From Trypanosoma brucei (taxonomy: Eukaryota): a stretch of DNA of 64,000 nt. Positions 33,049-43,271 of the stretch are shown piece after piece. Numbering within the stretch: position 1 is the first letter of the stretch; each line of letters begins with the position of its first letter. A program made the position numbers and the translations under genes. Under the pieces are notes generated by a model. That model was not told the origin of the DNA and ran no database searches. It worked only from the letters and a program-made list of their open reading frames with translations. The stretch is from positions 1,792,001-1,856,000 of the forward strand of contig CP000071.1 of assembly GCA_000002445.1 (NCBI GenBank). Reading direction: 5' to 3'.

Positions 33049-33798
33049 ATGAGCGGAAAACATCTTTTGCATCGTGAGCCATTGGGCACACCGCATCGAG
33101 GAATTGCTCTGGCACACAACTCGAATCCAGTTGTGTTTCTAGAAATACAGTTTCCAAAAAGTGAGAAGGTTACGGTAGCCGGCGTACAGCAGCAATCGCA
33201 ACCCGTCCGCTTACTATTTGAGCTTTTCTTCGACTTAGCGCCCACACTGGCAACCAACATGTATGGACTGTGCATCGGGAGCTGCACTCGGTTAGTAAAT
33301 CACCGTGTGCAAGCAGCGGGTTACAAGGACACCGTGCTGCACGATGCCTTCGTTGGTCAGTATGTTGTTGGGGGTGATGTGATGGGTGCGGCTGGAAGTG
33401 GTTTCTTTTCCGCACTCGGAGAACGGCAGGGCCCGCTGCAAGTGCCTCAAAATGAACTTGAGTCCCTTAGCAAGATGGCTCCGGAACGCTGTCGGCAGCA
33501 GCTTGGTATATACTTGCAGTATTGGAATCATACGCAGCAGCCGGAAGGGGGAGCCCCCAGTACGGCGAAAGTTGCGTCTACTTTTCGTATTGATACCGTG
33601 GCGCGTGGTGCAGCGGCCAAAATGTCGGATGATGGTGTTCTTATCGGCCGCCTGGTCGCTCGCGATGCCGAGCAGCGTGCAGTGGCTGAGCGACAGCTTG
33701 CCGAGTTAGCTCGATCTGTGTATCATGCACGGCGCGTCGGCTCACCGCAGGAGCAGTCGCAACTTTTCCCGGTTATCACTCTGTGCGGAGAGATGTGA
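33049..33798 (+). CDS. Possible hypothetical protein (249 aa); the coding status is uncertain
   Basis: ATG-initiated + strand ORF filling the gap between two confident genes. It is GC-rich with several overlapping antisense ORFs and shows no recognisable motif. An unannotated gene is expected here if the locus numbering is continuous. Confidence 0.35.
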   Translation: MSGKHLLHREPLGTPHRGIALAHNSNPVVFLEIQFPKSEKVTVAGVQQQSQPVRLLFELFFDLAPTLATNMYGLCIGSCTRLVNHRVQAAGYKDTVLHDAFVGQYVVGGDVMGAAGSGFFSALGERQGPLQVPQNELESLSKMAPERCRQQLGIYLQYWNHTQQPEGGAPSTAKVASTFRIDTVARGAAAKMSDDGVLIGRLVARDAEQRAVAERQLAELARSVYHARRVGSPQEQSQLFPVITLCGEM

Positions 33799-34054
33799 GG
33801 TTGCGTATGGACATGCCACATTACACTTTGTGCATGTGTACAGTTTGTGCATATTTGTTGTGATTCTCTTATTTTTCGCTTCTGTTCCTTTCTGTGCTGC
33901 TTTTTCTTCCGCCGTATCTTCCGCTGTCCACCCAACTGTTCTCTGTATTATTATTATTTTTTTTGTGGGGGCACTCCCTCTTATCTGTACGTGATGACCA
34001 GGACAACTCCACTGGTGGCGAGCTTAGGTGGAGAGGTGCCATTTGTCGGGATTC

Positions 34055-35320
34055 ATGGAAGACGCGGTAGAGGCGCACCGCACTGGGTTGGTGGTGGCCC
34101 TCTGCGGTTCCGAAAAGAAACACCGACAGTCGTTTGAAAAAATCCGACGGTACGCTGAAGGCATAAGAAACGAAAGTGGTAAGAATGGTACACCTACCTT
34201 TGGCGGTGGACGCACCTTTGTCTTTGTTGATATGAAGTACGATGCCCACAACCGCGAGATGATCACCGACGATGATGATATGAAAGTGGATGTAGTTCTT
34301 CACAAGTTGAGTACGCTGCCGCCAGAGGCCTTCGGTGCGCTTTTGAAGTGGTGTGAGGCAACATCAGCAAAGCGACGACAGAAACGGTTACCACCCGTTG
34401 TTGTAATCGACCCTCCTAACGCGGCGCGAGTCGTTATGAAGCGTTCCACATTGGCCAAAGCTCTTGAGGGTCGACCGGTACCATCACTTTTCCTGACACC
34501 CCGTTCGTGGTTTTGTTCTTGTGGTGGTGGAGCGCTGGAACCACTTGGGTGGCGGGACACTGATTCCACCGTGACCCCCGATACCACAGAGGGCAGCTGT
34601 GAGTGGTGGATCACCAAAACAGATCTTAGCACAGGTCCATCCTACACTCATCGCATGGTCGTATGGCAGGGACCAGTTCCAACAAATGGCATACCCCAAG
34701 CAGTGATGAAACTCCTGCCCTCTGAGTCGCAAACGTACATTGTCCAGAAGTTTTTCTTGAGTGCCCTTCCCTTTGTTCTGAAGGTGTACTGTGTGAGAGA
34801 ATACGTGGCCATTCGAGCGGTTTCAGCCTTTTCATTGTTACGTGCTTTGCTGGACGGCTATTCTTCCATAAACAGCAACAGTGAAGGTTTTCAACCTGTC
34901 TGTATCGATTCCCAAAAGATATTTGCAAATAAGGATGTGTGGGATCAGCAAAACCCACAGTTAGCGCAGCATTGGCAGCGTTATCTTATTGAGGGCGGGG
35001 AAGCCCACACCCAGTGCAAGGCGATTGCTGCTCAACTGTCGCAGACGTTGCAACTGTCGCTTTTCGGTTTTGATTTACTATTGTTACCTAAGGATTTACC
35101 TTCCGGTAATCAGCCTATACTTGAGAGCCCCATAACTGCGGAAGCAGTGGGGGCGCTGCTGTTTGAAGAAAAAGGTGTCGGTTCCCCTACAATTCTTCTA
35201 CGCACTGCGGTGCCGATGGTTGTAGATGTTAATTACTTCCCGGGTTATGCTGGGATGTCCGAAGTGGAACGCCGTATAACGGAAATGATCGAGTCAAGTG
35301 TTGTTTCAAAAGATTGCTAA
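34055..35320 (+). CDS. Inositol-1,3,4-trisphosphate 5/6-kinase (ITPK1)-like ATP-grasp protein
   Basis: The track start at 34028 is a GTG; the first ATG is at 34055. N-terminal …GLVVALCGSEKKHRQSFEKI… resembles the ITPK1 N-terminus (…GYWLSEKKIKKLNF…). Central …YIVQKFFLSALPFVLKVYCVREYV… resembles the ITPK1 ATP-grasp (…VVQEFINHDGVLFKVYVVG…) motif. Confidence 0.4.
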   Translation: MEDAVEAHRTGLVVALCGSEKKHRQSFEKIRRYAEGIRNESGKNGTPTFGGGRTFVFVDMKYDAHNREMITDDDDMKVDVVLHKLSTLPPEAFGALLKWCEATSAKRRQKRLPPVVVIDPPNAARVVMKRSTLAKALEGRPVPSLFLTPRSWFCSCGGGALEPLGWRDTDSTVTPDTTEGSCEWWITKTDLSTGPSYTHRMVVWQGPVPTNGIPQAVMKLLPSESQTYIVQKFFLSALPFVLKVYCVREYVAIRAVSAFSLLRALLDGYSSINSNSEGFQPVCIDSQKIFANKDVWDQQNPQLAQHWQRYLIEGGEAHTQCKAIAAQLSQTLQLSLFGFDLLLLPKDLPSGNQPILESPITAEAVGALLFEEKGVGSPTILLRTAVPMVVDVNYFPGYAGMSEVERRITEMIESSVVSKDC

Positions 35321-36070
35321 GGCGGTGTGGGTGGTAGCAGAATCATCTCAGTTCTTTGGACTGTTATGTCACTGTACTTGATGCGGTAAAGGTCCGTGCA
35401 CGGAGAAACACTGGGGGAAGATGGAGTGTGTTTGCGTGCGTGTTGCTTCCTCCTCACTTGAAATTTGATACAATGGTTGCACGACCGTAATACACGTGCG
35501 ACAGGTTTACTGCTTGTATAACCACCCAACATCACGATCTTTGAGTGTGTGAACAGTGCGACAGTTATTTCCGTGTGACATAACAATACCACTGCGGCAT
35601 TTTTTTTTTTGAACGGAGACAATCTATATTATTGTTGCAATAATTTTTATCCCTTACTATCGAACGAAGGCAACTCCCCTTTGCTCTGCAGGTGCATCAC
35701 TTTCACTTTGTTCCGACTTTTACTCCTTTATAAGAGGCTGACTGATAGGTATAGCGCAAGGTACGAGGTAACAAGGCGAGGAAAACTCAACTAAGCATTG
35801 CAAAAACCTACAGGCTGTTATAGAGTGTGATACACACTCCTATTTTTTTTTTTCCAGAAAGCAAGGGCAGTTTAGCGCAGGTGTCTTGTGGAAGGCACAG
35901 AGCAACAACCCGGTAAGTAGATACTGTACGAAGCAGAAGGACAGGTCGGTAGGTGGGAGGGGGAAAGATCAAAGCGGGTCAGAGGAAAACAACAGGTATA
36001 TTTATATATTGGGAACGATCTTGCATAGGGTGGAAAGGAGTCATAGAAAAAGAAAGGGAGGGGAACCTTT

Positions 36071-37528
36071 ATGATAGCTGCAACTCAGGTGCCAGGCTTG
36101 AATGAAATATCTCGACAGGCGGCCTCAGGTAGTCCATTTCCACAGGTACTACCGCCAAGGTACCCTGCCAACAAAGTCAGCACGGCGGGGCTGCAGTCAA
36201 GCAACCACGGCGCCGCACAACTCGTGCACGACGTGAACAATGTGGCTGCTGAGATTCATCATCCGCTTATAACTGCTGCTGACTACAGCGACCGTAGACA
36301 ACTTCTGTCACACATAACGGTGTTGAGTGGTCAACTGCAGCGGGCGCAGCTACTGCTTCGCAACACGCCAAGCTGCGTCGTGTCTGACGCTGATATCGCA
36401 CGTTTCGATCCCCTTATTGCGCAAGCTGAGGTGGAACGTCTTGACAGCGCACTTGCGCAACTGAGCCTCCTTCACGAAATGGAACGTGCCCGTAGTGGCT
36501 CCTTAGAGGCAGAGCAACAACAACTTCGCGAGGAGCGCAATCAGCTTGTAGCACGAGTGGACACTTTGGAGTCCCGTTCAGTGGCGCTAGAGACGGAAAA
36601 CGTGCAGCTTCGCAGTGCTTTGGAAGTGGCCCAGCAGGAATTACAGGTACTGCGCGTGGGGGAGTCCGCCCTCGGAAACAAACTACATGCAATTGAACAG
36701 CTTCAGCGTGACGGAGGGCGCTTTGACGGTGTTAATGTTGTCATAGCACCACCACGCGCAGTCTGTAGTACAGCGGCAAAGGAACTGCAACTGCAGGAAA
36801 ACATACAGCGGCTGTCGCTGCTGTTGGACATGATGATGGATCCCATGTACATTGCATTTGACGCCGGGGTAGTGTGGATAACAGAAACGGAGCACCATCG
36901 CGCTGGTGGGCAAGTTTGTGGGGCGGCTCTCAGCAATGCACCTCATGACAGCGAAGAACTGACGACGACGGTTGGTGGAAACAGCCCTCTTGGTAATGCG
37001 AGCGACGCGACACTACCGCAAGATGTCGTCGCTAATCCCCCTCATGTTGTTGCAAGTGAGGTGGATATATCTCTACTTCAGCAACAACAGCAGGAATTGT
37101 GCCGTCAGTTGGACGCAGTAAGGGAGAGCTGCCGTGTTGCCGAACGAAATCAAGAGCGGTTACAGGATCTCTTGTTGGAGGAACAGCGGCGTACAGAAGC
37201 AATGGCCCAGGAACACTGCAAGCAGTTGCAGTGTGTGCACGACAGGGTGGTCCATGAGCGCCGCCAGGTGGTGGAGAGCCTCGTGGCAGAGGTGGAGGAA
37301 AAGATGCGGAATGCCTTCCGTGATGGCCGCTTATATCAGAAGCAGTTGGACGAGAGGTTGATTCACAGGCGTTCGTCAAGTACATTCCAGTCACGGAGTG
37401 GGCATTCGTCAGCGCGAAGCACCCCTTTTGCGTCACGGCACAAGGCGTTTGGTGGCAATGGGACGTGTAAAGGAGATGGGGACGCGAACAGCAGTCGTAG
37501 TGCTCGTTCGCCGATACTCGGTGGATGA
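36071..37528 (+). CDS. Coiled-coil protein (485 aa)
   Basis: Heptad-rich segments (…LAQLSLLHEMERARSGSLEAEQQQLREERNQLVARVDTLESRSVALETENVQLRSALEVAQQELQVLR…) and a second coiled segment near the C-terminus. Confidence 0.55.
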   Translation: MIAATQVPGLNEISRQAASGSPFPQVLPPRYPANKVSTAGLQSSNHGAAQLVHDVNNVAAEIHHPLITAADYSDRRQLLSHITVLSGQLQRAQLLLRNTPSCVVSDADIARFDPLIAQAEVERLDSALAQLSLLHEMERARSGSLEAEQQQLREERNQLVARVDTLESRSVALETENVQLRSALEVAQQELQVLRVGESALGNKLHAIEQLQRDGGRFDGVNVVIAPPRAVCSTAAKELQLQENIQRLSLLLDMMMDPMYIAFDAGVVWITETEHHRAGGQVCGAALSNAPHDSEELTTTVGGNSPLGNASDATLPQDVVANPPHVVASEVDISLLQQQQQELCRQLDAVRESCRVAERNQERLQDLLLEEQRRTEAMAQEHCKQLQCVHDRVVHERRQVVESLVAEVEEKMRNAFRDGRLYQKQLDERLIHRRSSSTFQSRSGHSSARSTPFASRHKAFGGNGTCKGDGDANSSRSARSPILGG

Positions 37529-38136
37529 ATACACAGGAGTCGAAAAGGAAATTAAATGCTTTTCAAGGGGTATGTTTGTATACTCTGTGATGGGTTTGTT
37601 GTGTAACTTGCAGTCTGGTGTACGTTTAAGTTTTACTGGGTTATTCTTGGCTTATTTCGTATTCTTTCCTCCGTGCGCTTGTGCATGCATTCTTTTTTTT
37701 TTTTTGCCTGTACGTGGGTATGTACTATCGTACTTTCGTATGGCTCCGCTGCATTACCGTATACTTTCAATCATAGACTTATTCCAATCGTGAAGGGGTT
37801 TCTTAGGAGCACATTGGTTGAGTTGACGGGGAACTATCTCTTTGTTTTTTTTCGTACCCAACTTGGCTGGTGTGCACATGGCCATGGAAACTCTTCTTCA
37901 GGCTTACAATTGTTGGTCTTTTCATCTCGTCCCGTAATTACCACTTTACATACTCAGTTACTTTTGACGTTTTACTTTTTATTTGTCTCTTATTTACTTC
38001 TGCCCCCTGTCCCTTATTTACTCATTGTTTTTTTTTCTTAAGTCGTGGTCGCTGGTTTGGCACGATCTCCAACACAACCACTGCTACCACTGGTTGCAAG
38101 AGGGTTTGGCACCAAAGTAAATTCTAAAATAAAGAT

Positions 38137-38499
38137 ATGGCGGCACCACTAGCAGCGTTGGTCCTACTGGGTGGTGCGTATTACATTTTTAGGTTGGCTC
38201 CGCGAATAACGCAGCGTGTTTCAATGGCACAAGGCCTAACGTGCGCGGCAAATCGGCAGCTGCGACCGTACCGCCGATATGAGGGGGGTTTCGAGAAATC
38301 CATGACGAAACGTGAGGCACTACTGCTGCTTGGCTTTACTGAAGATGTTGCCTCCGGTGGATTCCTTTCCCTTCCATCAGATGAGGAAATAAAAACACGG
38401 TATTATGGTTTAATGAAGCAACTACACTCGGACGTGGATGGCAGTCCGTATATTGCAGCGAAGTTGAATGAAGCACGGGACATACTGGGGAAGAAGTAA
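38137..38499 (+). CDS. PAM18: Pam18/Tim14-like J-domain protein with an N-terminal transmembrane helix; HPD motif replaced by HSD
   Basis: 120 aa. N-terminal AAPLAALVLLGGAYYIF is a TM helix. The C-terminal domain …KREALLLLGFTE…YYGLMKQLHSDVDGSPYIAAKLNEARDILGKK aligns with the Pam18 J-domain …[21 protein letters not shown]. Confidence 0.65.
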   Translation: MAAPLAALVLLGGAYYIFRLAPRITQRVSMAQGLTCAANRQLRPYRRYEGGFEKSMTKREALLLLGFTEDVASGGFLSLPSDEEIKTRYYGLMKQLHSDVDGSPYIAAKLNEARDILGKK

Positions 38500-38966
38500 C
38501 ATGTCATTTAACTATCGCTTAGCAAATTCCAATCTGATATGTGTAGTCCGTGCTTCAGTGTGATATACAAGTCAGCTCAGCTTTCATCACTGAGTAATGT
38601 CCCCCTCTCGAACGCTGAACAAAAAAAAACCGTTCGACAACATTCGACAACATAGTGCCCTTGCAAATATCGTACAGTACCTGGCGAGTGGAAGGTTTGA
38701 ATGCATCCGAGTACGCACATATATTCTTCTGTGTGCATTAGGCCTCAAGTGTGTTACTTCCCCTTCTATCACTTGTATCTACGAAACAAAGTTTTTGTAG
38801 GGCCCACGCGGCTGTGGTGAATAGGTGCCGGACGCTGCTGTGCGTGTGCGAGGTAATCAAGTGGGTTAAAACTAGCGAACAAACTTAGCGTCGCGTGTTT
38901 TGGGTACTTGAAAGGTGAGCAGAAGGTAAAGTGCACAAAGGGGAAAGGAAGAGGCAGTTGTGTTAA

Positions 38967-40220
38967 ATGATGTCATCCTCAGCTTTTACGGCGGCGGCAA
39001 TCGGTGAACGGCTACAAGTAGCACTGGAAGAAGCAACACGTCACCTCGAATGCGGTTGCTCCATAAAATGCTCGCTGGCAATATTACCAGACATCGCTCT
39101 GCAGGGGATGGCACACAGTTGGGGGATCGTTGACCTTATCGAACATTCACAGGGCAGCACCTACGAGTTGGCTGTAGGTTTGGGAAAAGATGTGCTAAGG
39201 GAGGCCCTCGCAGATTTCTTACGTGAACAACAGAATTCCGATAGAAGAGAAGAGGCGCTGCCCCTCATAGCACCCGTTGTGCATAACCTGCCACGTTTCT
39301 CTGTAGTGCTGTTGCTCCTCATCATGCCTGCTCACAGCAGCCTGTGGAGTGCGAGACGACGTTGGATAGAGACATGCACTGCAAACGGTGAAGATCATTC
39401 CCGCTCCTTCTTGTTTCAGGAGGTGCTCGTAACGTCTTTACTGCTAAACTTTTATTATAAAGTGCAGGAGGTCTGGGTTTATCGGTGGTGGGTAGTAGAA
39501 CGGCTCTTATCGCATCCTGGTATAAACTTGGAGGTTTTCAACGACCACGACCGCGGTGTGCTGATGGAGGCCGCTGACAAGCATCCCATGAACTATAACG
39601 CCTGGAACTATCGCCGTCAGGTGTTCGAAAATATTTTGAACATCACACAAAACGCAAGTAGGTGCAGGTCATGCGCGTCAACACCTTCATTACTCCAGCA
39701 GGAGGTTGAAATCGCGCTGCGTTTTTTTGAAACCCACAACGGTGATACGTCTGCTGCGTCGTATCTTATTTTTCTTCTTCACAAGGCGGAGACCATCAGA
39801 AGTGACAGCGCAGAGGGTAAGTATAATCAGAATAGTGGTGTTTGTGCCGGTTCCTTAGTGCATAGTGTGTGGAAAAGGCTTATGTTAGCCAGTACACAAG
39901 AGTTGCGTCGGCACTGGGACAAGGGTCACGAAGCCGTCTGGGTGTTGCGTTTGGCACTCATTCACTGGGCGCTTCGCATCCGTCCCATGTGCGGTTGGTC
40001 ACTCGAGGATGAAATGCATCTCATATCAGTTTATATGGAATTGCCAACGCTGCATGATGAATGGGTTGGTTTGAGCGAAGTGACGTGGGTGGCGGCCTCA
40101 GGGAGTCCTTCATGGACTTCGTTTTATGCAGCACGGTACGGTGTTCAGTTGCTAAAATTAGTTACTAATGCGTGCCGTGGGAAGGGAAGAAAAGTTATCG
40201 ACTCTGATGGCCACAAATAA
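38967..40220 (+). CDS. Protein prenyltransferase alpha-subunit (PPTA) repeat-containing protein
   Basis: 417 aa. Tetratricopeptide-like PPTA repeat signatures: …HPMNYNAWNYRRQVFENI… (the N-Y-x-x-W-x-Y-R motif) and …SLWSARRRWIE…, …AVWVLRLALIHWALRI…. Confidence 0.4.
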   Translation: MMSSSAFTAAAIGERLQVALEEATRHLECGCSIKCSLAILPDIALQGMAHSWGIVDLIEHSQGSTYELAVGLGKDVLREALADFLREQQNSDRREEALPLIAPVVHNLPRFSVVLLLLIMPAHSSLWSARRRWIETCTANGEDHSRSFLFQEVLVTSLLLNFYYKVQEVWVYRWWVVERLLSHPGINLEVFNDHDRGVLMEAADKHPMNYNAWNYRRQVFENILNITQNASRCRSCASTPSLLQQEVEIALRFFETHNGDTSAASYLIFLLHKAETIRSDSAEGKYNQNSGVCAGSLVHSVWKRLMLASTQELRRHWDKGHEAVWVLRLALIHWALRIRPMCGWSLEDEMHLISVYMELPTLHDEWVGLSEVTWVAASGSPSWTSFYAARYGVQLLKLVTNACRGKGRKVIDSDGHK

Positions 40221-40610
40221 GAATAGCGGTGATGAAAGCGCGGGAGTGTCGTCACCTCTCGGGTTTGTGTAACCGCTCAGTGTTTCTTGCGCATGCGCTC
40301 GCATTGCTTTGGTCGTTCGCCACCACATTCTTCGTAGCGAGCTGCACAAAAGAAGAGATATGGACCTGCTGTCATTGTAACCTCTGTTGCTGTCAAGTTG
40401 AGCCCGTGCTGCGGATTGATATATCACACTTTCATTACCTATTTCTTTCCTTCGCAATGGAGAAACGACTAATTTACTCCCCAGAAAAGGAAAGTTAACA
40501 AGGGTAAAGGGACGGTACGTGGCGAAAAAAAAAAAGAAAAGAAAAAGCTGGCAAAGTGAACTAAAAGAAGGTGGAACGGAACGCATTAAACACACTAAAA
40601 GTTACCAACT

Positions 40611-43271
40611 ATGTCGAAGGCCCCTGAGCTGTGTTATTTGTTGCGCGCAGAGGGCCGCATTCATACAGCCGATGTTCGTCACGTTTCCTCTTCGTCGGGT
40701 CTCCTCTTAACCTCCTCGCGCGACCAGACTACTTTTGTCATTGATGCTCCAGGCACTACACCGTGGCCCTCAGGTGACGATTTTCCCACGGGGTTGACAC
40801 TCACCGGTCACACTGCTTTTGTCAACTTCGCCATAATGCATAGCGGGATACCGCTTTTGGGTGGTGAGCCATGCGTTATCACGGGCGGCAATGACAAACA
40901 TGTTGCACTATGGAACCCGCAAACAGCTGCGCTGGAAGCAGTTCTCGACAGTCACAGTCACGGTGTTTGCTGTGGTCTTGTGGTTACATCCACCGTTGCT
41001 GAAGGTGCGGGGCACGACGGTAGTGTTGGGGATATTGTGACAGGTGATTGGGGTGGTATGTGTCTCGTTTTTGATGCGACAACGGGTGATGTAAAGCAGT
41101 GCTACAGGGGACACTCAACAGCCGTTCGGAGTATCACGCAATTACCAAGGACCAGCAGCATTGTGAGCGCCTCTGGGGACAAAACCCTTCATCAGTGGAA
41201 CGTGGCGACGGGTGAGGAAATTGCCGTGTACACTGGTCATACAGATGTAGTTCAATGTGTATGTGCCATAAGCTCTACTCGGTTCGCCTCTGGTAGCAAC
41301 GATACGACGATCATAATTTGGGACACAACAGTTGGAACTCACCCCCTACGCAGCTTACTCATGCACCATAGTTTGGTCTACTCCTTGTGTTTTTGCAACG
41401 ACCGTCAGTTACTCTTCTCTGCTTCGGAAGACTGCACTGTGAAGGTGATTAGTGGCGCGAGCACTGTATCTGCCCCCACTGTAGGATCCTCGGTGGATGT
41501 TGGTGACGTGGCCGTAGTTCAGAGTATCAACCACCCATGTGTTGTGTGGTCTGTGTGCACAACGGAGGTTGGGGATATTGTGACGGGCGCCGCGGATGGT
41601 GCCGTGCGAGTGTGGACACTTAATGATGAGTTAATGGCATCTGTTGGAAAGTTGGAAGCACTTGCGGAGGCGGTTGCCACGCAGAAACTCGACATCAAGA
41701 TTACATCAATCGCCGGAACTAATATTGCTGATCTCCCCCCTGTAGAGCAACTCCATCAAAAGAAGGGGGTTCAAGAGGGTGAACGCTGCTTTGTACGCAC
41801 GAAGGGGGAAACGGTGGAAGTTTATGCATGGGACCAAGGCCGATGGGAGAAAATAGGCATCGTCACTGAGGGAACTCAGGGTCAACCGTACACAGGTGCG
41901 CAATCGGGCAGCGCAGCGCAGAAGCCCAAGGTGTATTTCAACGGGGTTCCCTACGATTACGTTTTCGATGTTGATGTGAATGGGACAATGCTTAAACTTC
42001 CGTACAACCGTGGTCAGAATATCTTTGACGCAGCGCAAGATTTCATCAATAAAAATAGCGCCGTTGTCTCCCAGACTCACAAGGAAGAGATACAAAACTT
42101 TATTCTGAATAACATCGACCCCCAGGACGCGCTGCTGCTGACCGGCTCGCAACAAGGGCTATCAGCTGCAGGGGGAGGAACGGTGTCTGGTGGTGGGAGT
42201 CATGAACCTGTTTTCTCCCAGTTCGCACGTGAAGCCATGGAGATGCGCCAAGCGGGTGCCTCGCACGTACCAAGTTGGGGTGAGGCGCTGCGAAACATGG
42301 AGAATGCCGGCGTAACTGCAAATGATGTTGCCTTCTCGGGTTATGCCCGCGAGGAGATTGAACTTCAAAGGCAGCAGGAGAAACAGCTGCCACAGGCGCC
42401 CACTGCGGGGGGAAGCGATGTCGTTGCATGGAGTAGTCATCGATACTTCACCTCCATCAACCTGGAGGGTGTGCAAAAGAAGATTAACGAACTAACAGGA
42501 GGCACGGAATTCGGAGAGCTCGTGCAACGAGTTGAGGCGGGAGCGAGGGCGGCGCCGAGTGTAGGCTTACTTCTTAACATCATGGAGCTTCACAAGCGGT
42601 TACCGGAGGCCTCGCGCTTCCCTGCGCTTGATTTGCTCAGTCGTCTACTGGCGGTGGGACGTCATCCCTACCGGTGGCTTCTGCTACTTTTAGGTGACAG
42701 CCCCGGGGAGTGGTATTGCTCCCCGCTAAAGTTTATGGAAGAATGCGTGTTGGGTGTCGACCGCGCCAGTGATGCTGAGTGTTTGGTGACTGTACGACTT
42801 TTCCTCCATGCTGCTGCAGCACTTGACGCCTTGCCGGCTAGCACCTCCATAACACCGGAACAAGCTGCGGTGCTGCTGCAGGCCTTTACACAAGCACCGC
42901 GTTCTTTCATCAAAAAGAATATGAACAACAACATGAAGAAATCAGTTAGTGCCCTGCTTCAGAATGTTTCCTTACTTCTTGCGCATGGCGCCCCAATGTT
43001 TGGTGATGAGGGTCGCCTGAACTGCACGCAGGAATGTGTGCGCATGGCATCCCACATGCTGCTACTGGAGCCCATGTCATCCCCCGTAATAGCGGAGGTA
43101 GTGGCCACGGTCTTAACGTTACTGCAGGCAGAAAGCACTGCTAACGCAGCTGCCGCTGTTGGTCGGGGCACTTTATTGCACACGATGCGTCTCCTGAAAT
43201 CTGGGTCAGAGCAGCGCTGCAGAAGGGCAGCAGATATAATCCTCCGTGTGCTAGAGGCTGATGGGTCTTGA
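40611..43271 (+). CDS. PLAA/Doa1/Ufd3-family protein (N-terminal WD40 beta-propeller, central PFU domain, C-terminal PUL/ARM domain)
   Basis: 886 aa. WD repeats (…GHTAFVNFAIM…, …GHSTAVRSITQL…, …GHTDVVQCVCAI…). PFU signature …KVYFNGVPYDYVFDVDVNGTMLKLPYNRGQNIFDAAQDFINKN…. C-terminal helical repeats. Confidence 0.7.
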   Translation: MSKAPELCYLLRAEGRIHTADVRHVSSSSGLLLTSSRDQTTFVIDAPGTTPWPSGDDFPTGLTLTGHTAFVNFAIMHSGIPLLGGEPCVITGGNDKHVALWNPQTAALEAVLDSHSHGVCCGLVVTSTVAEGAGHDGSVGDIVTGDWGGMCLVFDATTGDVKQCYRGHSTAVRSITQLPRTSSIVSASGDKTLHQWNVATGEEIAVYTGHTDVVQCVCAISSTRFASGSNDTTIIIWDTTVGTHPLRSLLMHHSLVYSLCFCNDRQLLFSASEDCTVKVISGASTVSAPTVGSSVDVGDVAVVQSINHPCVVWSVCTTEVGDIVTGAADGAVRVWTLNDELMASVGKLEALAEAVATQKLDIKITSIAGTNIADLPPVEQLHQKKGVQEGERCFVRTKGETVEVYAWDQGRWEKIGIVTEGTQGQPYTGAQSGSAAQKPKVYFNGVPYDYVFDVDVNGTMLKLPYNRGQNIFDAAQDFINKNSAVVSQTHKEEIQNFILNNIDPQDALLLTGSQQGLSAAGGGTVSGGGSHEPVFSQFAREAMEMRQAGASHVPSWGEALRNMENAGVTANDVAFSGYAREEIELQRQQEKQLPQAPTAGGSDVVAWSSHRYFTSINLEGVQKKINELTGGTEFGELVQRVEAGARAAPSVGLLLNIMELHKRLPEASRFPALDLLSRLLAVGRHPYRWLLLLLGDSPGEWYCSPLKFMEECVLGVDRASDAECLVTVRLFLHAAAALDALPASTSITPEQAAVLLQAFTQAPRSFIKKNMNNNMKKSVSALLQNVSLLLAHGAPMFGDEGRLNCTQECVRMASHMLLLEPMSSPVIAEVVATVLTLLQAESTANAAAAVGRGTLLHTMRLLKSGSEQRCRRAADIILRVLEADGS

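Noticed and set aside
33113-33133. 7-bp-stem hairpin cacaact-cgaatcc-agttgtg
   Set aside because: Isolated, inside a putative CDS, with no conserved loop identity (it is not a T-loop) and no flanking RNA-gene features. Probably chance.
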